From Euglena gracilis (taxonomy: Eukaryota), in assembly GCA_039621445.1 (NCBI GenBank), contig CP154954.1, positions 22,952,954-23,016,953 of the forward strand: 64,000 bases of DNA. Reading direction: 5' to 3'. The notes beneath the pieces were generated by a model. That model saw nothing but the letters and a program-made list of their open reading frames with translations. It was not told the DNA's origin and made no database searches. Shown piece after piece: positions 12,511 to 24,850 of this stretch (the stretch's first letter is position 1; each line of letters opens with the position of its first letter). Made by a program: the position numbers and the translations under genes.

Positions 12511-15500
12511 TGTGTGTGTGTGCCTGCGTGCGCGCGCGCGTGCGTGTGTCAGGGCGTTGCTTCACAAACTTTGACCCCCGGGGGGTTTAGCCAACCAGCA
12601 GCGGAGCGTAGCTTGGAATTTGACTCACCCCCGGGTGGGGGAGGGTCCAGCCAGTTAGCTGCCTTTTTCCAGCCCCGGACCCCCTCCCTCCATCAACCAG
12701 AATTATGATTAGTTCCAGCCTAAATAAAGAATTATTTATTCCAGCAAATCCGAAGGGCGGCTGGATGGTAACGGATTTTTCGCCTTGGCGGTGCAAAAAG
12801 GGCCGAAAATGGGCAAAATGGTCGGAAAAGGGCTGGCCAAGACAAATTAGGGGTCAAAAAATCTTTGCATACGGGAACCCTAGGGGGGGGGGGGGTCAGC
12901 CCGCAGCCTTCTTCCAGCCAGCCCAAATTTTCCAGCCTCTGAGCTGGACCCCCTGGGTGTCTTTAAGCAACGCCCTGGTATGTGTGGGTGGGTGGCTGGG
13001 TGGGTGGGTGGCTGGGTGGGTGGGTGTGGGTGGGTGGGTGGGCGGGTGAGTGTGGGTGGGTGGGTGGGTGGGCGGGTGAGTGTGGGTGGGTGGGTGGGCG
13101 GGTGGGCAATATTTTTGTCCAGCAGCGCCCCCAAGCTGACTTGTTTTAACATGTGTGTTCATACAATTTGCTGTGTGTAACGTGTGTGTAGCTTTGTTTG
13201 CATATGTGTACATGTACGTGGATGCGGATTCATGAATTGACCGTGTGCAAATGAAGCAGTGGGTAATGTGCTATCGTCTGTATATGGGTCGCGCATCGTC
13301 TCACAGCATCCGGGTCTGGGCTCCTGGCGTGTGTGACATCGGACCACGAGGGGCTGCGCTTCAGCGCCATGGAGTTGTCGCTGCCCCGGCGGTGGGAGGA
13401 CGTCCCGAAGGCCGGGCGGATGTCGCACGTGGTGGATGTGTGCCCTGCCCACCCTCATTTGACGATCCTTCGGCAAGTGCATCCGTCGTTTGAGGTGGCT
13501 GGTTTCCTGGGGCCCTCGCAGTGACCCAACCCTGGCTGTCCAGGGGTGGGGTTGTGATGGGGGCCTGGGGTTTTCTCAAGGTGACCGACCGGGGGGGGGC
13601 AGCCAGCCCACACCTTTTTTCCAGCCAGCAGTTCCCAGCCGGTCTGCGGACCCCGGGGGGGGGGGGTCCGCTGATTTCAGCCAGCTCGGCAAAGTCGGCC
13701 TGGACCGGATAAAATTGAAAGTCAATGGCCCACTCAAAAGGCCTTTGTTTTGAGATTTTTTTTTGGCTTTCGCCTTTGATTTTTGGCTAAAGAATTCCGA
13801 CCCAGCTGGATTTGGATTTCTGGCCATTTTGGGGGTACCTGTCGGGTCCAGCTGTCGGGTCCCCCCTTGGACCCCCACCCACCCTGGGGGGGGGGGGGTC
13901 CAGCCAGCAACTTTTTTTCCAGCCAGGCGGTAGGAAGGACCCCGCCTCCGGGGTCTGTAAGAAACCTGATGGGAGCCTTGTGGTGAACCCAGCAGAAATC
14001 TCTCCCACCCTGACCCCCCCGAACTTTGATGGGTGCCTACCCTGGGGTTCGACATACAGGAGGCGTCCAGCGTTTTGGTGGGGGTGCCACTCCTTCTAGA
14101 CCGGACCCCCCTCACCAGGGGGGAAACACAAACGCCTTTTTCGTGTTTGTGTGTGTGTTTCGATTTTGGCAAAATTTGCATATTTGCGGTTTTTTTACAG
14201 TTTTTTTTTGTGTTTTTTTTCCTGGTGTTTTTTGGGATTTTTGCTGGAGAAATTTTTGCCTTGAAAAAATTCCTCACTCTGGCTCCAATTTTCCCCAAAC
14301 ACCAAAAAAACTGTCAATTTTTTGTCAATTTTCAAAAAGATTGTCAATTTTTTGTCATTTTGTCATTTTTTCTTTTTTCAATGCTTATTTTTTATGCAAA
14401 ATGAAAAAATTTCCCTGGCAGAGCCAAACATTTTTCTAGGTCCTCTCCAGAGTTTTTTTTTGTATTTATTTGTGTTTTTTTTTTTGCATCGTGCTGTTTG
14501 AGGGTCCATGTTACGTCACCAGTGGCTATGATGATTCATTTGTCATTGAATTCTTACACACCCACATCAAATTATGTGAAGTGGTGGATGCACGTTAGGG
14601 GATCATATTGGTGAAGCATTTGTGGGGGTGTCCGGATCCCCCCCCACCCCTACCTGGGGTTGCACCAAGCCCTGAGCCACCCCCCTCACAGGCGCTGCAG
14701 GCTGCGTGGGAGGTCAACGGTGCAGCGGGCTACCGGAAGGGCCTCGCCGGCGCGGTCCCCACACAAGGCCGGTTCACGGTGGCAGCCAGCGGAACCTCTG
14801 CCCTCTGCCTGGCGGTGGTCGATGGGCGGTGTGTGTGCCCCGGGAATGGTTGGGCGCATGGGATGGGTGGCGGGGCAGCCGCTTGTGGTCAGGCGGGTGC
14901 ATGCAGGTGAGTCAGTATGTAAACCCCCCTCCCAAATAATACCCCCCCTGGGGTATCATTTTTTCGCCCGAAGTCCCGGCCCGAGGGGGGTATTATTTGG
15001 GGGGGGGGGGTAATAGCACCCCAAAAATTTCGAAATTTTTTGAAGTCCCGCAGGACCCAAAATAGCACCCAAAACACCCCATTGGGGTCATTTTTTTGTA
15101 CTTTCTCATGAAATTCTGCAGTTTTGGAGGCCAGATGGTCCACAAAAATCGATTTTTTTTTCGTATTTTGTCGTCAGAGATTGAGATTTTTACCTACATT
15201 TTCAGGTCAAATTCCGGGTCGTCAGCCCAAGATTGGAGGGGGGGTATTAACTCGGTCCCAAAGTCGGACCCGGGGGGGGGTTATTATTTGGGGGAGGGTT
15301 TACCCCAGGAGGAAATTCCCTCAAAGGAAATTCTTGCACTTGAGGATGACCTTATCCCTTCTTCGCTTTTGTGCGGTGTGTTTCTGACTGCAAACTTTCT
15401 CTGTTGAACCAATGAAAAATATCTAAACCCCCCGTTTATTCCGACGGGTCGGCATATTACTGTCACATTCTTAAAATCCCAGGGGGTCGGTATAAATGTG

Positions 15501-16469
15501 TCATGGTGCTCAACTGGGGGGGGGGGGATTTGGACGAGGTAACGTGCCTTCATCCTCTCCCCCAATTTTTTGTCCACCCCCCTAAAAACAACAGTTGATG
15601 TATTCACATTTTACCAAAACCAGACGCTGGGGGGGATGGGTGCTTTTTTATGTTTACCTCGATCTCCTTGTGCTTTTTGTGCTTTTCTTTTGTGTGTACC
15701 GGATGCAAGAGAGGGGGTCGGTGTAAATGGATTTCTTTTGATTTTTCCAGGGGGGTATAAATGGGGGAGTTGGTATAAATGGATATCTTCTGATTTTTCC
15801 AGGGGGGGTCGGTAGAAATGGGGGGAGTCGGTATAAACGGGGGGTCGTTCTAAATGGTAGGGGATTGATACCAACCCAGACGTTTCCTTCTTGGCAATCA
15901 AGTTCTTTTTTTACGCCCTGCAGGGGCACAAGATGGGGTTTTCAAGAGGGAGGGCACGTTTACTTTTTTACATGCTTTGTATCCTTCCGGGCAATGATAA
16001 AAGTTCAAGACACCAATTTCCCATGAGAACAAAATTGCTCAAATGATTACCAGGGAAACTCAATTCTTTTTTTATTATCGATTTCCATCACCAGATTTGA
16101 ACGGTTTCCATTTGCCTCCGTCTGCAGTTGCTTCGCTTTGTTGGCGCATAAGAAGCTGCCCACAAAGACTGCAGAATTTCCAGGGCTTGTGCTTGGCATC
16201 CAGTCGGCCTCAAATGCCCCATGAAATGGGTAACCCAACGCACCCCAAGGGCATTTCCATGTTGTCCACAAAAAAATTACATTTCAAGACACATGCCAGA
16301 TGTGGAGGTTTATGACGTTAGTTCCTTTTTTTTTGAATTTGTTTTGCAAGCTGATGGTTGCACTGGAGAGGGCGAATTATCTCTCGTTTCCATTTTCCAT
16401 TCAAGCCACCAGCCCACAGCGCCTCTAAAACTCAGCCAGACCGCAACCAGCAGCGTGGTGGTACAGAGC

Positions 16470-16515
<46 letters not shown>

Positions 16516-18953
16516 CGTGTGTGTGTGTGTATGTGTGTGTGTGTGTGTGTGTGTCTGTGTGTGTGTCTGTGTGTGTGTGTGTGTGTTCTGTGTATGTGTG
16601 TAGGTGTTGTGTGTTGTAGGTGGACCTCCACACACACACACACACACACACACAAGAGTCAAAATTATTACGATACCTCCTCCATTTTTATTATGGTGGA
16701 AAAAAGGGACATGTCGCATTCTTGGTGGGCTTATTTCTATGGCATGATAAAGAAAACAAACGCGTCAATTGAATATTTCAAATAGCAAGTATTTCACCAC
16801 ACATATGCCACAGAATGGATGGATGTGTGTGTGCCTGCAGGTACCTTTGTTTTTGTGCGCGTGCAGCGCTTTTTTATGGTGTGAGTTGGGTGTGTGGGTG
16901 GGTGGTTGGTGGGTAGCGTTGCACACCGCTCCTGCTTCTCCCTTTTCGGTCTCCTCTCCACCCCAGGGCCCGTTCTGCGACTCCGTCGCCGTGCTGTCCC
17001 ACACCATCGACGCCTGCGCCGTGCTCCACCCGGAGGGGTGCGGCGTGCGGGTCCAGCGGCAGATGTGGCTGTCCCCCGGGCCCCACGAGGTGCCCCCTGC
17101 GCCTGCATTCAACCCATGGGGACGAATAACTTGGGGCTTCAGCTTGGCTGCTGGTTGGGGGGATCCAAAGGGAACCCATGGTGTGGTTCCCCCCAACCCC
17201 TCCCAAGTCAACCGTCCCCGTCCTGTGGCCCCCTGGATGCCAACACAAACACAAACACAAACACCAGCGGTGATTATGTCTCCCCAGAGAGGAAGATGAT
17301 GAAGAAACATTTCAAAAAATGTTCCGAAACTCTGTGTGTGTGGCGAGAATAAATATTATTGGATGAAGTCCCACGATGTTGACAAAGAATGAGATTTCGG
17401 ATCGGTTGGCGGCATCGATTTGATATGATTTATCATTAAATATATCGATTTGATATGAACCTCAAACCCTCGACAGCCATTTTTCACCTAGACAACAGGA
17501 TCTGGCAAGAGCTAAGCAGTGGCATTCCAGGCCATCGATTTCGGATGTTTCCCAATGACAATAAAGTTTTGTTTGCCTCAGTCTCTCTGGGGCATTCATT
17601 CACACAATGATGCTCAAAAATGTGTGTGTAAAATTTGCCCACCACTGGTGTTCGAATGTTCATACTCCACATGTCAGTGGGGCCACAATGCCTTTGACTG
17701 CTCTCAACAATTTTTTGTCGTCATTTGGGGGGGGAGCATTTTCCATCACAAAATGATCTTAATGGCCAAATATGGCCAAAAAAAATATCCCAATGTATGT
17801 GGCGGATATTTCATGGAAATTTAAGGGCCCTTGTTGTGCGTATCACCCCACCCCCTGCTGGGCCCAGCACAAAGGCTATGAGGTCCAGGGTGTCCAGGGT
17901 CGGCTGTGCTTTGTGTTCCGCAGGGTGCCGAGAAGCCAGTCTATGGCTGCTTTCACCCCACCCGGCCACTGCTTGCCTTCGTTGCCAACGGCCACCTGTG
18001 CAGGCTGCTTTTTTTAAAAAAAAGTCCTTGTCCTCCCCCCCCCCGAAGCCCAGCCCCGCCATCGTCCCAAAGGTTTGTTGTCATTTGGTATAATTTTGGT
18101 ACGTTTCAGACACGTTTTTGTTGCCGTTTATTTGGGAGCATCACATTGCATTGTCTAAATGGACCCGTTGCTTGCTTTTTTTTGAAATACAGAAGATGCA
18201 GCGGCAGTTGCTTTAGGAAAAGGTACTCGTCTCTTTCGTTTCATTTTTCCATAATGGGGCCTGCCCCCGGCTTCGTTTGACTTCCAAACCGGCGTTGTGA
18301 AATTCCTCTGCGCCTTGGAGTCCTCAGAGGACGAGGGCCGAGCCCCCACGGGTGTGTCGCCCGGCATTGAACTCTGTGGGGGTCCCAGGCGGGAGATCCG
18401 GGCATGGGTCTCGGCGAAGCGAGGGAAAACCCTTCCCAACACCAACCCGAAACTTCACTTTACGCAGGGGAGGGGGCAGACTTTTTTCGAGACCCCCCTG
18501 AGAGAGGCGGAGGAGGCTCTCGAACCCACCAAGCCCACCGCGGGACCGGGGGGGACCCCCTCCAAAAATCGGGCCGTTTTTTCAGGGCATTTCCCCCGGC
18601 TCGAAGCGCAACAGGGATTTGTTTAGCCTTTTATTTGCCTTTGGATGTTTTTGTCCAAAAGTGATTTTGCCCCTGCTAAAGGCAGCGATTGACTGAGTTT
18701 TGGAAAAGTGGCTGGTGGCTTTTTAGAAAGTGGAAAGTGACTCCCCCAATGAAGCTACACAATTGCCTGGTGATGGGTCCTGCCAACTCCAAAAAAGGTT
18801 CCCGTCAAAAAAAGGTTCGGGGCTCGCTGAACCTTGTAATGCCATGTCCCCGCTGGCCTCTCATAGGGTCCGACCTGGTGGGTCGCCTTTTCTTCTCATG
18901 TGACGGACTGTGGCTGATGCGCCTCAACGTCACCGCAGCCCGATTGGTGTGTC

Positions 18954-19018
<65 letters not shown>

Positions 19019-19024
19019 CGTGGG

Positions 19025-19067
<43 letters not shown>

Positions 19068-19075
19068 ATGCGTGC

Positions 19076-19142
<67 letters not shown>

Positions 19143-21684
19143 TGTGCGTGTGTGGGTGGGTGGGTTTGGGCTGAAAGCTGGTGTGTTCTGGTGTCCTAAG
19201 ACCCTGGGAACAAAGCTGGGGTTGTGCCTGGGTGCAAGTGTCCCCCAACACTTGCAGGCACACATTCCCAGCAAATATGTTTCCTGGGCATTTGTCCCAC
19301 GGCTGCCCCGACCTCCCAGCCCAGCAGGGGGGGGGGTCTTCGTTATTGGGCCGTAAGGCTCAGAACAACGTTGACTTTCCTCTTGTATGTCATTGTAAAC
19401 ATTATTTTCTTCCTGAAATGTGCTCTTTTTTGCTTCTTTGAAGCAATTTATAAAACATTTAATTCTTCTTCCTGTTTTTGGAATGTCACAAACCTTCTTT
19501 CAAACTTCTCTGGTCCGCCCATATTTTTGCACTTTCACTTTGTTGTTTTTTTTGCAAATTTTCAACAATTTTTTTGGCAGAAAATATCGCACTTAGCTGG
19601 TGAATTGAAGACTATTTGCACAATTGTGCAAATGCCATTTCTTTTTTAAAAGCTCACCCAATCTGGGATTTAAAGTCCCCCAAAATTAGTTTCGAGGGGA
19701 CCCCTCCCTCTCCCCCCCCCGTACCCCACAGGTGTGTTACCGCTGGGACGCCATTGAACGCACCTCCTCCCGGCTCTTCAACTCCCCAGCTCAGGGTGGA
19801 GGAGGCTATCCCCCCACCACCAGACCCCTGGCCAGACACCAAAAATTTTAATTGGGGGGTATGCAAGGTGCATAATTGACATTTGGCATCATAAGAATTT
19901 TTGTGAAAAAGAATTGCGAAGTTGTGCACAGGCAATTTACTCTATTACCAGGCAACTGGTAGTTTCATACTACACACATTTGGACCAATTTCACATTAGC
20001 AGTTGCGTACATTAAAACTGGCCAGCCAGTCCCAGACCCTGGCAGGAACCCCCAAAAACCCAGGGGAAAACTTTTGGATGGGGACCAAGTTTTGCTGAGG
20101 TCAAAAGTTACGACCCCGTCAAGTTCTCACAATCCAAAACAAAACGGCCTCGTTTTGTAGATTTCAGCTATTTAGCGTAATTAATTAATTAATTAAAGTA
20201 GTTAATTAATTAATTAATTACAAGTGCATGCGATTGGGGAAAGCATGTCACTTTGCAAATTTGCGCCACGCTTTTTTTGGTGTGGCATTTTTTTGGCGTT
20301 TTGATTATTTTTGGGGGCATTTTTTTCAGTTTTTTTATGTGATTGCTTGAAAAGAGTGCAGTCCAAAACATGCACCGGTGTTGCATGGCAAATAATGTTG
20401 CAAAGTGAAAAAAGAAATTCCCTGAGGAGGTGAAAAGTTTTTTCCCGCAGAAGAGTGTGCAGCCCAGAGTTCGAAAGGAGTTTACATGAAACCTACATCT
20501 TTTTTGCAGGTTTCATGTCATCAGGTTTTGCATATTTTGCAGGTTTTTTTGCACTTTTTTGCACGAATGTTTTGAGGGGCCGTGTTGTTTATTTCCCCCC
20601 CACCCTTAATCTAACGCCATTGCCCCTGGCCCAACCCTCAGCAGAGGGACTCCCCATTCCACACACATTCCATGTCACACTCAAATTCCCCCAACCTGGC
20701 ACCAAACCAAAGGTTTGCCAAAAAATGGTTACATCTCCCTTGGCCGCCCCCCTAAAAAAGACCCGGCATTTGGGGGGGGCAGTTGCTGGAAACCTCCAGG
20801 TGGGAACCTTATTTCTGCATCAGGATTTTCTAAAGCCGGAGGTGACCCCCTCCGGGGGGGGGGGGGTCCAGCCAGCCCGCATTTTTTTCCCATTCAGCAG
20901 TTCCCAACCCAGCTGCAGACTCCCCCATTGAGATAAAGTTGGGGCCAGCCCAGCGAAGCCTGGGTTGGACCGAAAAAAAATTGGGTGCAAAGCGCTGAAA
21001 AAAAAAAATTGAAATTTTTGAATTTTTTTGGTCAGAAAATGGCCATGGTATGGCCAATGGTATTTTTTTGAGGGGGGTTTTGGTTTCTTCCACATTTTTG
21101 CTGAGAAATTCCAACCTAGCTGGATTTGAATTCTTTTCCCTCTTTTTGGGATACCAGCCGGGTCCAGCTGCCAGCCAGCTGGACCAGTAACCCAGTACCA
21201 GCCAGCACCTTTTTCCAGCCGGCCCGTGGACCCCCCCCCCAAAAAAGACTGACCCTGACCCTAAAGCAGGAGAATTGCCCTTCGCCGCTTCACCCCATTT
21301 GTAAATTGGTCTAAATCGAAAGTTCACTTGCTTTTTTTGTCCCAAACACGCCAAAGTATCCGCAGTCTCGTCGTTTTCGTGCGTAAAATTGGGGTTTTTG
21401 GGAATCTTCATTTGGGGTTTTTCACCGGCGCTTTGGCTGTCAGGGAGGGTCTTATTAATTTGGGGGAGGGCGTCGTATTTATTGCTTGAATTTTTGCCCA
21501 GGCGGCCCAGGGGGTCTTATTTGGGGGTATGGCTTTCTCAGCCCACCCCCCCCCCCGCCACTGCTACCCTGCCCTCGACATGGCCAACAACCTGGTGCTG
21601 CTGCCCGCCCGCATGGGCGACGTGGACGTCGGGGCACTGGGGCAGCAGCTGGTGGCGGACGGCGCAGTCACGGACCCTGGCTGA
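1121..21684 (+). CDS. Multi-exon gene (5' end not found): ankyrin-repeat protein with probable C-terminal beta-propeller/WD40-like region
   Basis: GC-rich exons join in phase: 1121-1202, 2467-2537, 5215-5358, 6109-6284, ~8537-8587 (uncertain), 9456-9667, 10692-10803, 11332-11413, 12218-12307, 13307-13476/13494, 14692-14828, 16436-16472, 16967-17089, 17924-17997, 18269-18351, 18867-18946, 19732-19788, 21577-21684 (TGA). Ankyrin motif DLHGRTALHLAC...AVRFLLRVGA...D.AGLRPLD; propeller-like blades PNILYFLQQDGSIVVAD and FHPTRPLLAFVANGHLASFDFQTG. Confidence 0.75.
1230..2049. mobile_element. Nested CCAGC-rich MITEs (inner copy 1357-1789)
   Basis: Outer CAGGGCGTCGC...GCGACGTCCTG; inner CAGGGGTTTTCTTAAGC...GCTTAAGAGAACCTCTG; eroded 8-bp TSDs (5/8 each). 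Confidence 0.7.
2467..2537 (+). CDS. Gene 1 exon (FGQPPDVVSNAVHLEVFPAPAPAG)
   Basis: AG and GTGTGT boundaries; phases match both neighbours. Confidence 0.65.
3371..3685. mobile_element. MITE with ~95-bp imperfect TIRs
   Basis: 3371-3462 is the diverged reverse complement of 3593-3685. Confidence 0.7.
3743..4143. repeat. (TATG)n microsatellite
   Basis: Direct inspection. Confidence 0.95.
4744..5014. mobile_element. hAT-like MITE
   Basis: TIR CAGGCTGTATTTTA / TAAAAAACAGCCTG (13/14), perfect 8-bp TSD ATTGTAAC. Confidence 0.9.
5215..5358 (+). CDS. Gene 1 exon (MAAYDELALQRVPETRLARHL...EGITAG)
   Basis: GC3-rich, cccag and GTATGG boundaries, phase 1 in and out. Confidence 0.8.
5463..5770. repeat. 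Compound (GTT)(GCT)(GGT)n and (GGCGGGT)n simple repeats
   Basis: Direct inspection. Confidence 0.9.
6109..6284 (+). CDS. Gene 1 exon encoding ankyrin repeat(s)
   Basis: GRTALHLAC ankyrin motif, ctccag and GTGTGT boundaries. Confidence 0.85.
8537..8587 (+). CDS. Gene 1 exon (VLCSAELFTCILQQLFG), boundaries uncertain
   Basis: Coding-like island; acceptor at 8523 or 8536; donor probably GCGTGT. Confidence 0.4.
9456..9667 (+). CDS. Gene 1 exon (AHPSCPASLVRSLLAY...PNILYFLQQDG)
   Basis: ccacag and GTACAC boundaries; phase 2 joins 10692. Confidence 0.75.
9995..10125. repeat. (TGTGTA)n microsatellite
   Basis: Direct inspection. Confidence 0.95.
10692..10803 (+). CDS. Gene 1 exon (SIVVADPYIHCVRLLLPK...PAGEE)
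   Basis: AG/GT boundaries, phase-consistent. Confidence 0.7.
11332..11413 (+). CDS. Gene 1 exon (DATDMLLFASGMLVAVSLPSNLDADEV)
   Basis: ccccag acceptor; the next exon requires a phase-1 GT donor. Confidence 0.7.
12218..12307 (+). CDS. Gene 1 exon (TTRRQTCVSFLAS...ISWD)
   Basis: Polypyrimidine-ctgcag acceptor and GTGTGT donor. Confidence 0.7.
12340..12549. repeat. (TGCG)n/(TG)n microsatellite (similar tracts at 16473-16653, 18955-19155, 32374-32548)
   Basis: Direct inspection. Confidence 0.9.
12550..12977. mobile_element. hAT-like MITE (CCAGC-rich family)
   Basis: Perfect 13-bp TIR CAGGGCGTTGCTT, TSD GCGTGTGT/GTATGTGT (6/8). Confidence 0.85.
13307..13476 (+). CDS. Gene 1 exon (SGSGLLACVTSDHEGLRF...HPHLTILRQ)
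   Basis: tcacag acceptor; donor at 13477 or 13495, both phase 0. Confidence 0.7.
14692..14828 (+). CDS. Gene 1 exon (ALQAAWEVNGAAGYRKG...VVDGR)
   Basis: tcacag and GTGTGT boundaries. Confidence 0.75.
14920..15303. mobile_element. GTAAAC(C)n-AAATAA MITE family member (others ~11637-12041, 27569-27930, 32810-33187, 41874-42088)
   Basis: Inverted termini GTAAACCCC..CCCAAATAAT / ATTATTTGGG..GGGTTTAC and internal CCCAAATAA repeats. Confidence 0.7.
16436..16472 (+). CDS. Gene 1 short exon (QTATSSVVVQSQ)
   Basis: Provides the required phase 2 to phase 0 bridge; the acceptor may instead be at 16405. Confidence 0.5.
16967..17089 (+). CDS. Gene 1 exon (GPFCDSVAVLSHTIDAC...PGPHE)
   Basis: ccccag/GT boundaries, 41 codons. 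Confidence 0.8.
17924..17997 (+). CDS. Gene 1 exon (GAEKPVYGCFHPTRPLLAFVANGHL)
   Basis: ccgcag acceptor; WD40-like FHP.RPLLA. Confidence 0.75.
18269..18351 (+). CDS. Gene 1 exon (ASFDFQTGVVKFLCALESSEDEGRAPT)
   Basis: Follows a non-AG intron end (CTG at -8..-6); GTGTGT donor. Confidence 0.7.
18867..18946 (+). CDS. Gene 1 exon (SDLVGRLFFSCDGLWLMRLNVTAARL)
   Basis: tcatag and GTGTGT boundaries. Confidence 0.75.
19732..19788 (+). CDS. Gene 1 exon (VCYRWDAIERTSSRLFNSP)
   Basis: ccacag acceptor; followed by a non-conventional intron. Confidence 0.7.
21577..21684 (+). CDS. Gene 1 terminal exon (DMANNLVLLPARMGDVDV...DPG*)
   Basis: Strong GC3 bias, in-frame TGA, non-conventional 3' junction. Confidence 0.75.
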   Translation, partial: DMANNLVLLPARMGDVDVGALGQQLVADGAVTDPG

Positions 21685-23794
21685 CCAGAACACACCTCCC
21701 CCCCCCCCCCGAAACGCCACCCGACCCGCCTCAGAGTTGTTTCCGTTCTTTTTCTCAGTTGTACTGCGCATGCCGTCTGTCCTCCCCGTTTCCTCCCCAC
21801 CTTCATGGCATATGTTTCGGTTGATGTTTGTCTGTGTTCTTCTTTTGAACCGACGATAATTACTGCCCAACCCCTACTCATTCCTTTGCCTTCAAGGCTT
21901 TGCATGCAAACAAACATGCGGAAGGGAATGGGAATGTATTCCAAATGCAAGCTGCAAATTGATGGCATCCACGCAATCCATTGATTCTCCCAAAAAGTGC
22001 TGACCTGCAGCCCATTCAGCTCTTGGAGCTCTAAATTTGGATTATGATGTCGAATCACAACCTGCGGTTTCTGCTACAGAATCACAGATTGTCATCACCC
22101 CCTTATGTGGTGTTTTGCGCCCATTGCGTGTACGCATGAGAAATTCAGGTGGAGATTTGTTCACCTTGTTTTGGATTCTTGCACCACGTCGATGAACAGG
22201 GATGCACCAAACAGCGGTAGTCGCATGGGCAAGCCCTGGGTTGTCGAATGAAATCAAACCGATTTTAGGCTAGTGGACGCCAAGGCCCCCCAAAGAGGCT
22301 GGTAAGGCAGTGTGGCACGCCGTTATCTGTTTTGTAACGGTGACGTTGGGTACCCTTCCTTGTTGCACAAACACAGGAGTCGCCTTTCCATTTGCTTTCT
22401 CCAAATTCTGATGCCTCACATTTCAAGTGAAGGAGGTGTTTATTGGGACAATGGTGTCCTCAAGAAATGATGGTGCACAACCAGGGTCGCTCAAGTCGGA
22501 GGGCATCCCATCCCCGGTGGGGGGGGGGTTGCAGCCAGCCAGCAGCCTTTCCAGCCTCGGACCCCCTCCCCCCCATCGACAGGTTTTTTTTTGCAGCCGC
22601 CCGAAGGGTGGCTGGTCGGTGACGGATTTTTGGCTGGGCGTGGCGCCCCCCCCCCCCCCCGTGGTCCAGCTCAGAGGCTGGAAACAGTCTGCTGGCTGAC
22701 CCCGGGTCCCCAGCTGGAATTGGGCCTGAGCTGGGGTCGAACCAGGGACAGAAAATGGAAATTTTAAATATGCCCCAAAAACTGCCAGTTATGCAAACAT
22801 CGATTTTTTGACCCAAATTTGCTCTGGCCAGCCCAAATCCGACCCAATTTCACCCATTTTTCAACCTCTGAAAGCTGCAATCCTTGTAATGTTGTCCATT
22901 TCCAATCGTTCTTTGGGCCACCATCAAATCGTTCCATCGGTTAGCACAAAAACGGCCGTTTTGGCAGTACAAGGTGCCACAGATCATCACAAATTGGCAA
23001 TCAACAGGCAGCAAATTGTCGCAATCAAATGACAAACAGGAGAGGTTTTGGTTTGGATTTTTCTTATCTTGATATGGGTGGTGGATGGGCCAAGTTTTCT
23101 CTGCCCTGAATATTGCATCATCATAATCATCACATAATGATCAAGCACCTACAGTAAAAATGGCCGAAAATGGCCGAAAATGGCCGAAAATGGCCGAAAA
23201 TGGCCGAAAATGGCCGAAAATGAGAAAAAATTTGTTGCAAATTTTTTTCCAGTTTTTGTTTGCCTAACAGTTTCTTTTTCCCTGAGGAGCAATTTTCAGT
23301 GCGACTGATTCTTGTCTCTGTGCAGCCTCTCTGCTTTTGTTATTATGCCTGGCCCTGCAACACATGCTGCTCAAAGAACCACCTCTGAAAGGGTTATTTG
23401 GGCCAAAGCTGATATTTTGATGGCATTTCAGAAAAAAATTGGTGACAAGGGCGATGCTGGCAATTTTTTTTTTGTATATTTTGAAGAATTAAACCCATTT
23501 TTGGAATAATTTCTCCACAAATTCCCAATATTACTCCCATGTTGGCCATTTTGGATCAATTTTTGCTAATTTTGGATTGGGCTAATTTGGGTCAATATGA
23601 GCACATTTTATGGCATTTTGCGCCATTTTGGTGATTTTGGGTTATTTTTTCACAATTTTGTGGATATTGTTGGCGTTTTTGGGGCAAGTTTAGGTTATTT
23701 GAAGCAATTTTAGGTCATTTTGATTGCTTTTTGGGCCTTTTGCTGTCAATTTTAGGTTTTTTGTGGGCATTTTTTTTGGGGTTTCTGTGGTCAT

Positions 23795-24170
23795 GGCAGA
23801 TGCTGAACAAGATTTAGACACTGGACAAGATGTAGACACTGGACAAGATGCAGATGCTATACAAGATGCAGATGCCGGACAAGATGCAGATATTGGACAA
23901 GATACAGACGTTGTTCAAGATGCAGACACTGGACAAGATGTCGACACTGATGCAGATGCTGTACAAGATGCAGATGCTGGACAATATGCAGATGCTGTAG
24001 AAGATGCAGTGGATGCAGATACTGGACAAGATTACGATCTTGACAAGATGCAGGTATTGGATAAGATGCACACACCAGACAAGATGCAGTGATTGCTGAT
24101 GCAACGGATGTAGATATTGGACAAGATGTAGATGGTGGGCAAGATGCGATGTTGAACAAGATGCAGACAT
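23795..24170. repeat. 18-bp minisatellite (GATGCAGACACTGGACAA-like)
   Basis: About 20 degenerate units. Confidence 0.85.
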
Positions 24171-24850
24171 TGGGTGAGCACATTTGATGTCAATATTTCA
24201 ACATTATGGACCAATCACATGTTTGCTTGCTTTTGTTTGCTTTTCTTTGCTTGCACATGCTGCTCAACGAACCACCTCCAAATGGGTTATTTGGGCCAAA
24301 GCTGATGGTTTTGATGACATTTCAGAAAATTGTGGTGACAAGGTGCAACTAGGCAAAGTATGTGAAGCGTTTTTTTCTCTGTTAAAGGTGTGATTCCTGC
24401 ATTAGGTTTATTGCACACAATTGGATGGGATATAACAAACAGTGCCACCATCAAACAAATTTGCTTGGGGTATCAAGTTGGAATAGGTGAGGGGAAGTTG
24501 TTTGTGAAAAGCATCCACGCCAAGAGGCTTGAATAGAAAAGCACCAGTTTATTGTGGTTAATATGTCATGTGCCAACCACTCTCATGAAGCATCCCAAAA
24601 ACCCCCAGCAAAAAAAGACCAAAGTGGACAAGAGCCTCTCTGGCAGGAAAAAAGAAGCTTATTCCCAAAACCTTGCATTTGCATATTGCAACAAAAAACT
24701 CTTTGACCTCTTTAATCCCTGAGCACCCATTCCAAACGGACCTCTTTGGATGCGTTAGCTTGCCACAACTGCTTTCATGTTGACTGAATGGTCAAAATGT
24801 ATTGTTGGTATGAAAGAATTTTAAGGCAGCTTTGCCCCCCACCTATAGGA

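Noticed and set aside
20177-20221. (TAAT)n palindrome as a regulatory site
   Set aside because: Self-complementary simple repeat with no independent support
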